Virus record (IMG/VR): IMGVR_UViG_3300047445_000292
DNA: 20,000 nucleotides
Reading direction: 5' to 3' (one strand)
Source: an uncultured virus (IMG/VR IMGVR_UViG_3300047445_000292)
Lineage: Duplodnaviria > Heunggongvirae > Uroviricota > Caudoviricetes
The position numbers and the translations under genes are program-made. Of this stretch, positions 1-7,772 are shown in pieces. The notes beneath the pieces were generated by a model, which was not told where the DNA came from, searched no databases, and saw only the letters and a list, made by a program, of their open reading frames with translations. Positions within the stretch are counted from its first letter, which is position 1. Every line of letters starts with the position of its first letter.

Positions 1-14
1 AACATGGAGTCGCG

Positions 15-353
15 TTAGTCCTCCCCGGAATAGCCGATTGTTTCCCGCGACTTGTCACCATCGGGCCGCATGCGGTTGGTGTTGGGGTCTTTGAACCAAC
101 CCTGCGGTTCTTCATCCCGTTCCGGGTCAAACGCCAGCATGGCGGCGATGGCCTCGGCCACGCTGGTGTAGCAGTAGCACGCCTCAAACCCGCAATAGTC
201 GAGGTTGAAGAACAGCCGGCCCTTGCCGTAGGTCATGTTAGCGACGGCCATCCAGCGGCCATCCGGCAGTTGCAGGGCGTGGTTGTAACCCATGCCCAGC
301 ACCTGTTCCTCGGTCATCAGGTCACCGACCCGGGGAGCTTTTTGTTTATTCAC
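15..353 (-). CDS. Hypothetical phage-type protein (start may be ATG at 317)
   Basis: 112 aa ORF, co-oriented with neighbours; YCY and GW motifs resemble small phage hypotheticals. Confidence 0.7.
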   Translation of the reverse strand: MNKQKAPRVGDLMTEEQVLGMGYNHALQLPDGRWMAVANMTYGKGRLFFNLDYCGFEACYCYTSVAEAIAAMLAFDPERDEEPQGWFKDPNTNRMRPDGDKSRETIGYSGED

Positions 354-380
354 AACTCACAACTCACAATTCATGGTTCA
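350..380. repeat. Heptamer tandem repeat TCACAAC-TCACAAC-TCACAAT-TCATGGT-TCA
   Basis: Read directly; same family as the arrays at 16363, 16668 and 18114. Confidence 0.85.
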
Positions 381-382
381 TG

Positions 383-745
383 TCACGCCGTGCCGCCGGG
401 GCGGGCCATCATGAAGGCAATGCGCTGCGCCGCGAATTGGTCGATTTCGGCCATGATCGAGCTGATCCACGCATTTGCCTCGGCTTCACCCTGCTGGACC
501 TTGTCCATCAGCAGTTTCATCAGCATCTGACAAGCCGCGAACTGCGCCTGTTCGGTTTCGCGGATCTGGTCGGCCTTGGCGGTGGCGGGGATGCACCCGA
601 CCCGGTAGGCCTCGATGATGTGCGCGATCGAACTCGCGCTATCGAGCATTCCCTTCATGCGTTCCATGCGGGCCAGCGTCTCGGGGTTCTGCGCCGCGCT
701 TTCGCGTATCCGGCGCAGCATTTCCTCTTTGTCGTTCACATTCAT
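383..745 (-). CDS. Hypothetical helical protein
   Basis: 120 aa ORF, AAGGA RBS upstream on the minus strand, lies downstream of the lysozyme in the same operon. Confidence 0.75.
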   Translation of the reverse strand: MNVNDKEEMLRRIRESAAQNPETLARMERMKGMLDSASSIAHIIEAYRVGCIPATAKADQIRETEQAQFAACQMLMKLLMDKVQQGEAEANAWISSIMAEIDQFAAQRIAFMMARPGGTA

Positions 746-768
746 GTGTAGCGGTCCTTTTCAGGTAG

Positions 769-1353
769 TTACGCGAGCTGGATGCGGTTCATCGTCCAGC
801 CAAACACGTACTTCTTGTTTTTCGGTCGGTCTTCGGTGCGGCCGAGGTAATACACCGCCTGCTGGCTGTTGATCAGAGCCAGCAGGCAGTGTTCGCCTTG
901 TGTCTTGCGCAATTTCAGGAAGGCATCCAGGGCGATAAAGCTCTTTTCCCCCAGGTCGCCGTCCACCTTGAGCTGCGGATAGTTTACAACACCGTCGCCG
1001 TCCGGGTCGTTCAGTGCGTTGAGCGCCCGCTGCAGGAAGGTCGCGGCCTGACTCGGCGGCAGGTTCACCTCGATTTCAAACAGCTCGGCGGCCAGCGGGC
1101 GGCTGCGCAGCAGCACCTGGTCGAAGTGCGGCTTGACGAAGTAGTTGCGCAGGTAAAGCAACTCGGCCATGTCCCGCGGGTAATCCTTCATCGCGCCCTT
1201 GTAGCCGTCAGCGCGAGCCACGGCCTCGGTCACGCCCCAGCGGGTTGCGCCCCCGGCGTCATTAGGGTCGATGCGCCCATTTCCGTCCCCCTCGATGCCG
1301 ATCAGCTCGGCAATGATCTTGTCGATTTCCGGCGTCCGTGTGATCAGCCCCAT
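769..1353 (-). CDS. Glycoside hydrolase family 108 lysozyme with C-terminal peptidoglycan-binding (PG_binding_3-like) region
   Basis: IEGDG...DPNDAGGATRWGVT matches the EGG..DP.D.GG.T..GIT motif; FLQRALN, LKVDGDLG and C-terminal FGW..NRI are typical of the family. Confidence 0.92.
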   Translation of the reverse strand: MGLITRTPEIDKIIAELIGIEGDGNGRIDPNDAGGATRWGVTEAVARADGYKGAMKDYPRDMAELLYLRNYFVKPHFDQVLLRSRPLAAELFEIEVNLPPSQAATFLQRALNALNDPDGDGVVNYPQLKVDGDLGEKSFIALDAFLKLRKTQGEHCLLALINSQQAVYYLGRTEDRPKNKKYVFGWTMNRIQLA

Positions 1354-1643
1354 TACGCCACCTTCTTCGCGGCGACCACGGCGGTCAGCTGGCTCACGCG
1401 CTCGGCCAGGCGGCTCAGGCGCTGCTCGAAAATGTGCGCGAACTCGCCTTGCCCCTCACCACGAACCACCGCCATCGCGGCATCCATGCTCATTGGGATA
1501 ATCACCGGGCTGCTGCTTTCAGGCAGCTGGGCCAGGTGTGCTTCGGCTTCGTCGGTGTGGGTGTAGACGCCGGCAACCACCAGAGAGTGGCGTGCTTCGT
1601 CCAGCCGGTAGAGCACCAGCGCTTCGGGTGTGATTTCGCTCAT
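1353..1643 (-). CDS. Hypothetical protein (MSEITPEALV...)
   Basis: ATG at 1643 inside the longer 140 aa ORF; its stop overlaps the lysozyme start (TAATG coupling). Confidence 0.65.
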   Translation of the reverse strand: MSEITPEALVLYRLDEARHSLVVAGVYTHTDEAEAHLAQLPESSSPVIIPMSMDAAMAVVRGEGQGEFAHIFEQRLSRLAERVSQLTAVVAAKKVA

Positions 1644-1934
1644 GGGGAGACCTATCGAAAAATCAGCTCGGCCGTCTTCGGGTGAGTGAAACGCTCGCGG
1701 CCTTGGGATTAAGACTAGGTGAGGATCGCAAAAATATTTTGCATTGCCTTGAAATCGGGGCAAAAGGACCCTCAAAACCGGGGGTACTGTCTCAGTTTTG
1801 AAACTTTTTTAACTATTTTTTCGATGTGCTGGGAACCGTTTGTGGTAAGGCTTTGCCCGGAAAGATTGTCCGACAAACGGTGTTTTTTGATGGCGTTTTT
1901 GTGAATGTCAAGGGGGGAAAAGATGGTGGGCTGA

Positions 1935-1964
1935 TTGTCTTTTTACCTAAATGCTCCGTATCCT
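1935..1964 (+). promoter_or_regulatory. Possible sigma70 promoter (TTGTCT-18 bp-TATCCT)
   Basis: Imperfect -35/-10 at the end of an AT-rich intergenic region, just before a hairpin-rich tract. Confidence 0.35.
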
Positions 1965-1978
1965 ATTGACCAGTAACG

Positions 1979-2010
1979 AAAAAGCCCCCGCTGTTTAGGC
2001 GAGGGCTTTT
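1979..2010. terminator. Bidirectional terminator/attenuator-like hairpin
   Basis: AAAAAGCCCCCGC-TGTTTAG-GCGAGGGCTTTT: GC stem flanked by A and T tracts. Confidence 0.55.
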
Positions 2011-2014
2011 CGGG

Positions 2015-2600
2015 CTGGTGGGTATTGCAAGTACCGCCAGCCAAGGTCTCGGGGAATTCTGCTTTAAGACGGCGGGATACGAGACCGGGTCTAAAAAGTA
2101 TACGCGGTTTTTAGCCGTGTGTTCAACCACGCCCGCCTCACCCCCGTAACCCTTCCATCGTGCGTCTGGATCAAGATGGGGCGTTTGTTCGCCTATTGGG
2201 CCGCGATGCGTAGAACCCCCCACAAGGATCATCGTCTTACGGGGGTCGGTATAGCCAGGTGAGCGAACCCCGAAACGGGTCGAGAAGGCAATGGCAGAGC
2301 AGCGCGAAACCCAGTCACGGGCGCTGTTGACTGTCCCAAATCCCTCACTTGCCGCACGCCGAGACGGGCCGGGGGCGCTTGTAACGCTAAACCCCGAAGG
2401 TGCGGAACGCCTGCTGGGAGTGAGAGTCGGGAAACCGAAAAATCCTCACTGCGTGGAGTCGTGTGGAAGGCCTTTTTTCAAGGGCCGGACGCAGGGGCTC
2501 GCACGCCAGTGAGAGCAAAAAAGGGGCCAGCTTCTGGCCTTCCTTTGCGGGGGCATCAGCCCCCTGCTGTGAGGAACGAACGGGCTGTGACGGGATTTAG
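2015..2600 (+). ncRNA. Candidate large structured non-coding RNA / leader upstream of csrA
   Basis: No convincing ORF; many hairpins (2015-2040, 2419-2450 with GAAA tetraloop, 2469-2486, 2515-2548, 2549-2565) and a long-range pairing of about 2307-2320 with 2585-2598. Strand is inferred. Confidence 0.45.
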
Positions 2601-2698
2601 TTAAATTGCGTTCAGCGTCTGTTCAGATTTGTACGGGAAATGTAACGTGCAGGTGCCTGGTACCAGGAACCCTTCGAAAAACAACAAGGAAATGGACA

Positions 2699-2893
2699 AT
2701 GTTGATTCTGACCCGCCGCATTCACGAAACCATCATGCTGGGCGATGACATCCAAGTCACCGTACTCGGTATCTCTGGCCTGCAAGTGCGTATCGGCATT
2801 GCCGCACCGAAGGGCATCGAGGTTCATCGCGAAGAAATCTACAACCGGATTCAGGCTGAAAAAGCCGCCCTCGACACCTCCGAAACTGACTGA
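2699..2893 (+). CDS. csrA: Carbon storage regulator CsrA/RsmA family RNA-binding translational regulator
   Basis: [58 protein letters not shown]-binding R44 conserved; AAGGA upstream. Confidence 0.97.
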   Translation: MLILTRRIHETIMLGDDIQVTVLGISGLQVRIGIAAPKGIEVHREEIYNRIQAEKAALDTSETD

Positions 2894-2923
2894 TCGGACA
2901 GCTGCGCAACAGGGAGTAACCCC

Positions 2924-3199
2924 TTGCAAGAATTCGCCAAACTCTACTGGGCCGAAGACCTCGGGCAGGTGCTGGTCACGCTCGATGGTCACTGTGTGAA
3001 CCTGCGTTTCGCCCTGCCCGGGGCGGTGTTGAGCACGGTGCGCAGCGAGTTCGAAGACAGCCCAGCCGGTGAAATTCAAGCTCAGGGTCTATTCTCAAGT
3101 TTCGACAGAGAACGCACATTAGCCGAGGTTCGCGAGTTCGTGAACACGTCCGGCGTGCGTGGTTTGCTCACGCAAAAGAGGGATTCCACGGATGTCTAA
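2924..3199 (+). CDS. Hypothetical protein
   Basis: TTG start with GGGAG RBS, 91 aa, overlaps the next start. Confidence 0.7.
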   Translation: MQEFAKLYWAEDLGQVLVTLDGHCVNLRFALPGAVLSTVRSEFEDSPAGEIQAQGLFSSFDRERTLAEVREFVNTSGVRGLLTQKRDSTDV

Positions 3200-3578
3200 T
3201 TCCCCGAAATCGCTATACCAGTACCTCGGCAAAGACGACACCTACGAGTTGCTGGGCGACTGCATCGGCGCCGGTACCGACCGTGGCCACGACACGATGG
3301 TCTACCGCAACATCCACACCGGCCAGTTGCACAGTCGGTTTCCCGATGACTTCGCGGATCGCTTGCACCGGATCGGTGAAAGGGTCGAGTACCAGAACGA
3401 CCTCGACACCGTGTTGTTGCGTGAAGTGCTGGAGCTGCTGGAACACGTCACCTTCCATGACGGTCGCTACCGCCAAGAGCTGGTTGTAAATTTCCAGCTC
3501 ACAGCGCAGAAGCTGGTGGTGCGCCTGGCCGAACGTCTTGGGGTCAAACCCTACGAGTCGATAGGGTCCGCCTCTTGA
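3192..3578 (+). CDS. Hypothetical protein, N-terminal DUF1653-like (SH3-like) domain
   Basis: LYQYLGK..TYELL...MVYRN..TGQLHSR..DDF..R resembles the DUF1653 pattern; ATG at 3192 with GAGGGA RBS. Confidence 0.6.
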   Translation: MSNSPKSLYQYLGKDDTYELLGDCIGAGTDRGHDTMVYRNIHTGQLHSRFPDDFADRLHRIGERVEYQNDLDTVLLREVLELLEHVTFHDGRYRQELVVNFQLTAQKLVVRLAERLGVKPYESIGSAS

Positions 3579-4021
3579 AAACAATTCGTTGGTTCTTCAA
3601 CTCCAACATCCTGTTGGCCGTGATCGCGATTCAGGTGTTCGTGCAGGTGTGGATTCAGGTTGTCGACGCCCCAATCATCGGCATGTTCCTCAGTCTTTGG
3701 TTGTCGTTAAAACTGGGTAGCCTTGCGGGCTATGCGGACATCCTGCAAGTGCGCCTTGATGCTGAACGAGAGTTCGCCGGGCACTTGATTGAGTATCAGC
3801 AGGAGTTCGACGCACTCCCTGCGGATGAACGCCTTGCACTGGCAGAAGCCCACGCCGAGTTCATGCAGCATCTGGTACCCCTGCACCAGATCCTGATCGA
3901 ACACTGCCAAATCCCCTACACCCCTTTGAAATTCCGCGACATGCTGCCGTCGCCAACCAAGTGGCTGGCCCGCCGTCGTGAACGCAAGATTATGGCCACT
4001 GACAAGGTCGTGCACGTCTGA
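3575..4021 (+). CDS. Membrane protein with two N-terminal hydrophobic segments
   Basis: ILLAVIAIQVFVQVWIQVV and IIGMFLSLWLSLKLG; TTGA overlap with the upstream stop. Confidence 0.7.
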   Translation: MKTIRWFFNSNILLAVIAIQVFVQVWIQVVDAPIIGMFLSLWLSLKLGSLAGYADILQVRLDAEREFAGHLIEYQQEFDALPADERLALAEAHAEFMQHLVPLHQILIEHCQIPYTPLKFRDMLPSPTKWLARRRERKIMATDKVVHV

Positions 4022-4056
4022 CCCACGGACCCGAAAACAACAACAAGGATGCCCCC

Positions 4057-4467
4057 ATGGCTTTCAAAGTCCCCGAGCGTTTCCGCGTCACTGACGGCAT
4101 GTTTGGCAGCGCCAAGGCCACCCACGGCAACAACGGCCTGTTCCTCATTCCGTTGCGCGACCCCGCAACCAACGCCGTGTTGCAGACGCGGGTGATTGCC
4201 TCCGATTGTGATAACTGGGAGCACGTCAGCGTCAGTTTCCAGAGCAAAACCCCGTCCTGGGATGTGATGTGTACGGTCAAGGACCTGTTTTGGGGGCCAG
4301 ATGACTGGGTGCTGCAATACCACCCGCCTGAGCGCGAGTATGTGAATTTTCACCCGCACTGCCTGCACATGTGGCGTCCGATCGGCCAAAAATGCCCCGT
4401 CCCGCCAAGCCACCTGGTCGGGCCGTTGTCCCGCCGCACCCCTGAACCCAACACCAAGGAGTCCTGA
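4057..4467 (+). CDS. Conserved phage protein (DUF7694-like)
   Basis: WEHVSVS...TPSWDVMC.VKDLFW...VLQYHP...YVNFHPHCLHMWRP signature; AAGGA RBS. Confidence 0.8.
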   Translation: MAFKVPERFRVTDGMFGSAKATHGNNGLFLIPLRDPATNAVLQTRVIASDCDNWEHVSVSFQSKTPSWDVMCTVKDLFWGPDDWVLQYHPPEREYVNFHPHCLHMWRPIGQKCPVPPSHLVGPLSRRTPEPNTKES

Positions 4468-4469
4468 TC

Positions 4470-4919
4470 ATGGCCAACGGCGCGATCTACTACGACGAAC
4501 TGCGTTTCGACACCCGCGACCCCGCGTTCACCCATGTGTATTGCTTCATCCGCGGTGAGGGGGATTGCCCGTTCAATATCCATGGCTGGCACCACAAGGC
4601 CTTCCCGAAAGAAGTCACCACCGAAGAAATTTTCGGCAAGATTTGGTCCGGGCACACAGACCCGTCGACGTGGGAGCGCGAAGCGCCGCAGGCGGTGGAA
4701 ACCCCACCGATTTACGCCCCGCATGATCGCGTACCCGTGCCGGTCGAGCAGTTGCAGAACTGGCACCAGGCCTTTGCCATGGTGGGGGACCCTCCCGCTG
4801 TGGAAATGGCCGAGCAGATCACTTCGCACCTGACCTCGGTGACGCAATGGGACAAGGTCTGCCCACACTGCCGGGCGCACGACATGATGCTGCAAGCGCA
4901 GCGGAACCCGCCACAATGA
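4470..4919 (+). CDS. Hypothetical protein with C-terminal CxxC
   Basis: 149 aa, AAGGAG RBS, CPHC near the C-terminus. Confidence 0.7.
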   Translation: MANGAIYYDELRFDTRDPAFTHVYCFIRGEGDCPFNIHGWHHKAFPKEVTTEEIFGKIWSGHTDPSTWEREAPQAVETPPIYAPHDRVPVPVEQLQNWHQAFAMVGDPPAVEMAEQITSHLTSVTQWDKVCPHCRAHDMMLQAQRNPPQ

Positions 4920-5377
4920 CAGCGGCGCCTGGGGAGAACTGGGCCAGCGAAATGCAGGCCCTGCAGGACCAGATCGAGCAGCTGGGTCTGGAGCTGGAGT
5001 GCGCCAGGCGCAACGAGAACAACGTGAACTACTGGTACGGTCAGGACGACGGCGTGCGGGGTGCGGCTCTGCGTTGGCATGAGGCGTTGACCTGCCCGAT
5101 CCCCAAGGCCGGCACCATGCAAGAGCCGCTGGAATCGCTGTATCGGCGAACCGAAGTGCTGCGCCAGGATCTGGCCTGCGCGATCAGCGACATCGCCCTG
5201 TTACGTGGCCAGAACGACGGCTACCTGCACCTGCTGCACGTCGTAATGGCGTCGATCGACGAGCACTGGGCGCCGCACGACCCCGTGTCGTCGAACGTGC
5301 GCGACGAACTGCTGGAGCGCCTTGGGCGATCCGCCAACGCGGCGCGGGAGGCGGTGGTTGCGGGGTTACGGCGATGA
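4916..5377 (+). CDS. Hypothetical coiled-coil protein
   Basis: ATGA overlap at 4916 and at 5374; heptad-like helices. Confidence 0.7.
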   Translation: MTAAPGENWASEMQALQDQIEQLGLELECARRNENNVNYWYGQDDGVRGAALRWHEALTCPIPKAGTMQEPLESLYRRTEVLRQDLACAISDIALLRGQNDGYLHLLHVVMASIDEHWAPHDPVSSNVRDELLERLGRSANAAREAVVAGLRR

Positions 5378-5601
5378 GCATGAACTACGCGATCGAGCAG
5401 CGCCTGCGGCTGATCGACTTCTTGCTGGAGCACTACGGCCACGTCGGCCGCCCGGAGCTGTGCGCGTTCTTCGGCATCAGTCTGCCGTGCGCGTCGAACG
5501 ACATTGCCGCGTACAACGAGGCCAACCCGGACAACGCAAAGTACGACTTCAAGAGCAAGCGGTGGGTGCGCAGCGCGACGTTCAAACCGCGCTATTCCTG
5601 A
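5374..5601 (+). CDS. Stand-alone winged-HTH resembling the N-terminal DNA-binding domain of CapW/BrxR WYL regulators
   Basis: EQRLRLIDFLL..YG.VGR.EL..FFGIS.P.AS.DI..Y....P.N..YD.KSKRWV....FKP.Y matches that domain; no WYL domain follows. Confidence 0.8.
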   Translation: MSMNYAIEQRLRLIDFLLEHYGHVGRPELCAFFGISLPCASNDIAAYNEANPDNAKYDFKSKRWVRSATFKPRYS

Positions 5602-5633
5602 CCGGCAAGACAACTATATAGAAGGAAGCGTCT

Positions 5634-5906
5634 GTGGAGACTGACACCGTCAAGGTGGGGCTGACCCCATGCGGTAGACCAAAGTTGACCTATGCCATGG
5701 AACAGCGAATGCGCTTCATCGACTTCGTGCTGTTCCACTTCGGCCACATCACCCGCAAACACCTGATCGAGTTCTTCGGTGTGACCTCGGCCACTGCCAC
5801 CCGCGATTTCGCCCTGTTTCATGAGCTGTACCCGGGCATGGCGCGGCTGAATCACGTCACCAAACTGTACGTTCCGACCAAGGAGTACAGCCGCATTTTC
5901 CCGTAG
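5634..5906 (+). CDS. Second stand-alone CapW/BrxR-like winged-HTH paralogue
   Basis: YAMEQRMRFIDFVLFHFGHITRKHLIEFFGVTSATATRDFALF aligns with the upstream ORF. Confidence 0.8.
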   Translation: METDTVKVGLTPCGRPKLTYAMEQRMRFIDFVLFHFGHITRKHLIEFFGVTSATATRDFALFHELYPGMARLNHVTKLYVPTKEYSRIFP

Positions 5907-5939
5907 TCCCGACACACCAACCATGCGAAGGAATAAGAC

Positions 5940-6230
5940 ATGGCAACGCGCATCTGGAAATGGCCCCTGAAAATGACCGCCCTGCAAGACATTGACCTGC
6001 CGATCGGCGCCCAGTACCTGGACGTGCAGATCCAGGGTGGCGAGCCGCAGCTGTGGTGTCTGTGCAATGCCAACGCGGCGCTGGAACCGCGCCGGCTGAT
6101 GATCCACGGCACCGGCAACCCCATGCCCGACGACCCGGGCGCGTACCTGGCCACGTTCCAGACCGGCGCGTTCGTATGGCACCTGTTTGAAGTTCCACAC
6201 CCCACCATCGAGCAAAGGACGGACGTATGA
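5940..6230 (+). CDS. Conserved phage protein (DUF7352-like)
   Basis: IWKWPL...IDLP.GA..L.VQ.Q...QLW...IHGTG.P...YL.TFQ...FVWHLFE pattern; AAGGA RBS. Confidence 0.75.
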   Translation: MATRIWKWPLKMTALQDIDLPIGAQYLDVQIQGGEPQLWCLCNANAALEPRRLMIHGTGNPMPDDPGAYLATFQTGAFVWHLFEVPHPTIEQRTDV

Positions 6231-6886
6231 ATACTGAAATTCTCGCGGTACTGGACATCAGCGGTTCCATGGCGCCGATCGCGGCCGATGCGATCGGCGG
6301 ATTCAACACGTTTCTCAAGGACCAGCAGAGCGTCGAGGGCGAAGCCCGACTGACCGTCGCGCTGTTCGATGACCAGTATGAGCTGCTGTACACCGCCAAG
6401 CCGCTGGCCGACGCCGAGCCACTGAACTCGGCGACCTTCGTGCCACGCGGCGCCACCGCGCTGATGGACGCCATCGGCCGCACGCTGAGTGTGCAGGGTG
6501 CGCGGATCGAGGCCGAGGGCTGGGCCGAGAAAGTCATCGTGTGCATCACCACCGATGGCGGCGAGAACCAAAGCCGTGAGTTCAACGCGCCGATGGTGCG
6601 CGAGCTGGTGACGCAGGCCGAGGCCAAGGGCTGGGTATTCGTGTTCCTCGCGGCCAACCAGGACGCCTTCGCCACCGCCACGCACTACGGCATGAGCGGT
6701 GCCCACGCGCAGAACTTCGCGGCCAGCGGGGCCGGGGTGGGGCAGGCCTACGCCAGCATCAGCAACGTGACCCGCAGCCTGCGCACCGGGGAGTCCGTGA
6801 TGCCTCCCCAGGCCGAGGCGTCTCTGCAGGCTGCGCTGGTCGCCAAGGCCACGCCGAAGCCTCGCAAAGCCCGCAAAGGTGCGTAG
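6227..6886 (+). CDS. von Willebrand factor A (vWA) domain protein
   Basis: MIDAS DISGS, T in GATALMDAIG, D in ITTDGGEN, FVFLAAN; basic C-terminal tail. Confidence 0.92.
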   Translation: MNTEILAVLDISGSMAPIAADAIGGFNTFLKDQQSVEGEARLTVALFDDQYELLYTAKPLADAEPLNSATFVPRGATALMDAIGRTLSVQGARIEAEGWAEKVIVCITTDGGENQSREFNAPMVRELVTQAEAKGWVFVFLAANQDAFATATHYGMSGAHAQNFAASGAGVGQAYASISNVTRSLRTGESVMPPQAEASLQAALVAKATPKPRKARKGA

Positions 6887-7128
6887 TGAGCGCGCCGATA
6901 CGGTGCGGGTCGGAGTTGCGCAAGCTGATCGAGTTCGCCAAGGAGCTGGGCTTTACCTGCGAAATCACCGGCAGCAACCAATTGAGCTTTCGCCGGCCGC
7001 ACACGCGGTCGGTGTGGGCTTCGTGCACCCCGAGCTGTCACCACGCCCGCAAGAACACTCGCCACGACCTGTTGCGGGCCGTGCGCGAGGCGGAAACACA
7101 AACAATACATCAAAGGAATGAGCAGTGA
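6886..7128 (+). CDS. HicA-like (dsRBD-fold) small protein
   Basis: ELRKLIEFAKELGF..EITGSNQLSF....SVW.S.TPS....KN.R.DL.RA resembles HicA-like mobile-element proteins; the usual His is replaced by Gln. Confidence 0.55.
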   Translation: MSAPIRCGSELRKLIEFAKELGFTCEITGSNQLSFRRPHTRSVWASCTPSCHHARKNTRHDLLRAVREAETQTIHQRNEQ

Positions 7129-7418
7129 GCGGGACCAAGGCAGCACCAGAAATCGAATACCTCGGGCAGTTCATGTTCGTCCAACGCAAGGCCCTGCGCC
7201 TGACGTTGGACGACGTGGCCAAGGGGGCCGGCACCTCGAAATCCTACCTGTGGGAGATCGAGCACGGGCAGGCGGCACCGTCGTTCATGCTGGTCGCCCG
7301 CTTGTGCCAGGTCTTGTGCCTGGACATCGGCGGGCTGGCCGCCGGGGCGTTGAAAGTGGCTGAGCTGTGTGGGGAGGTCGAGCAAGATCCGGGGCAGCTT
7401 CATCGCTCCGGGGCTTGA
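7125..7418 (+). CDS. XRE/Cro-family helix-turn-helix regulator
   Basis: RKALRLTLDDVAKGAGTSKSYLWEIEHGQAAPS is a canonical HTH_3 motif; GTGA overlap. Confidence 0.9.
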   Translation: MSGTKAAPEIEYLGQFMFVQRKALRLTLDDVAKGAGTSKSYLWEIEHGQAAPSFMLVARLCQVLCLDIGGLAAGALKVAELCGEVEQDPGQLHRSGA

Positions 7419-7530
7419 TTGACCCGACAACGAGCGAAGCGAGGCGTCAGGCTTTTAGGACCTCTGAAAACACCCCTATATCTAAGACTAAGAAGGGGAA
7501 TGGCTGTAGCCCTTTGTTTTCAAGGGGGTG

Positions 7531-7734
7531 CGATGTGAAATTCACACCGTTTCGATGTGAATTTGCGACTATTCTGGTAGAAAACACTATGCTTTTTCTA
7601 CCAGAACGGTAGAAAACCTACCACGCTTTACGAGTGTTTTGATAGAAAGTCTGAGCGAGATAGTAGAAAAATAAGGGTGTTTTCTACCGGTTCTGTAGAA
7701 ATGCAGGCTACTATTCACATCGAACCTGTAGAAA
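7531..7734. repeat. Iteron-like GTAGAAA(A) repeat cluster, candidate replication origin/operator
   Basis: Perfect 13 bp inverted repeat TTCTGGTAGAAAA (7572-7584) / TTTTCTACCAGAA (7594-7606); further copies at 7608, 7663, 7679 (reverse), 7695, 7728; CGATGTGAA direct repeat at 7531 and 7553; AT-rich; directly upstream of rep. Confidence 0.75.
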
Positions 7735-7772
7735 TTCTAATTCAGGCAGTAAAAACAAGGGGTTGTATCTTC

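Noticed and set aside
1963..2512. ORFs 1963-2232 (-) and 2291-2512 (+)
   Set aside because: No typical codon bias or recognisable motifs; they overlap the hairpin-rich tract.
1980..2600. RsmY/RsmZ-like sponge sRNA or tRNA upstream of csrA
   Set aside because: Few GGA motifs in hairpin loops and no cloverleaf or T-loop consensus recognised.
3575..4021. Two-TM protein as the holin
   Set aside because: It is in a different, divergent operon from the lysozyme and has a long soluble tail; there is no supporting motif.
5592..6706. Long antisense ORFs (also 889-1566, 9083-9958, 14382-14984, 15556-16380, 17407-18117, 18128-18772)
   Set aside because: Shadow ORFs of GC-rich coding sequence opposite better-supported genes.
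7677..7772. N-terminal extension of Rep
   Set aside because: It runs through the GTAGAAA repeat cluster; GTG at 7773 has an RBS and is more plausible.
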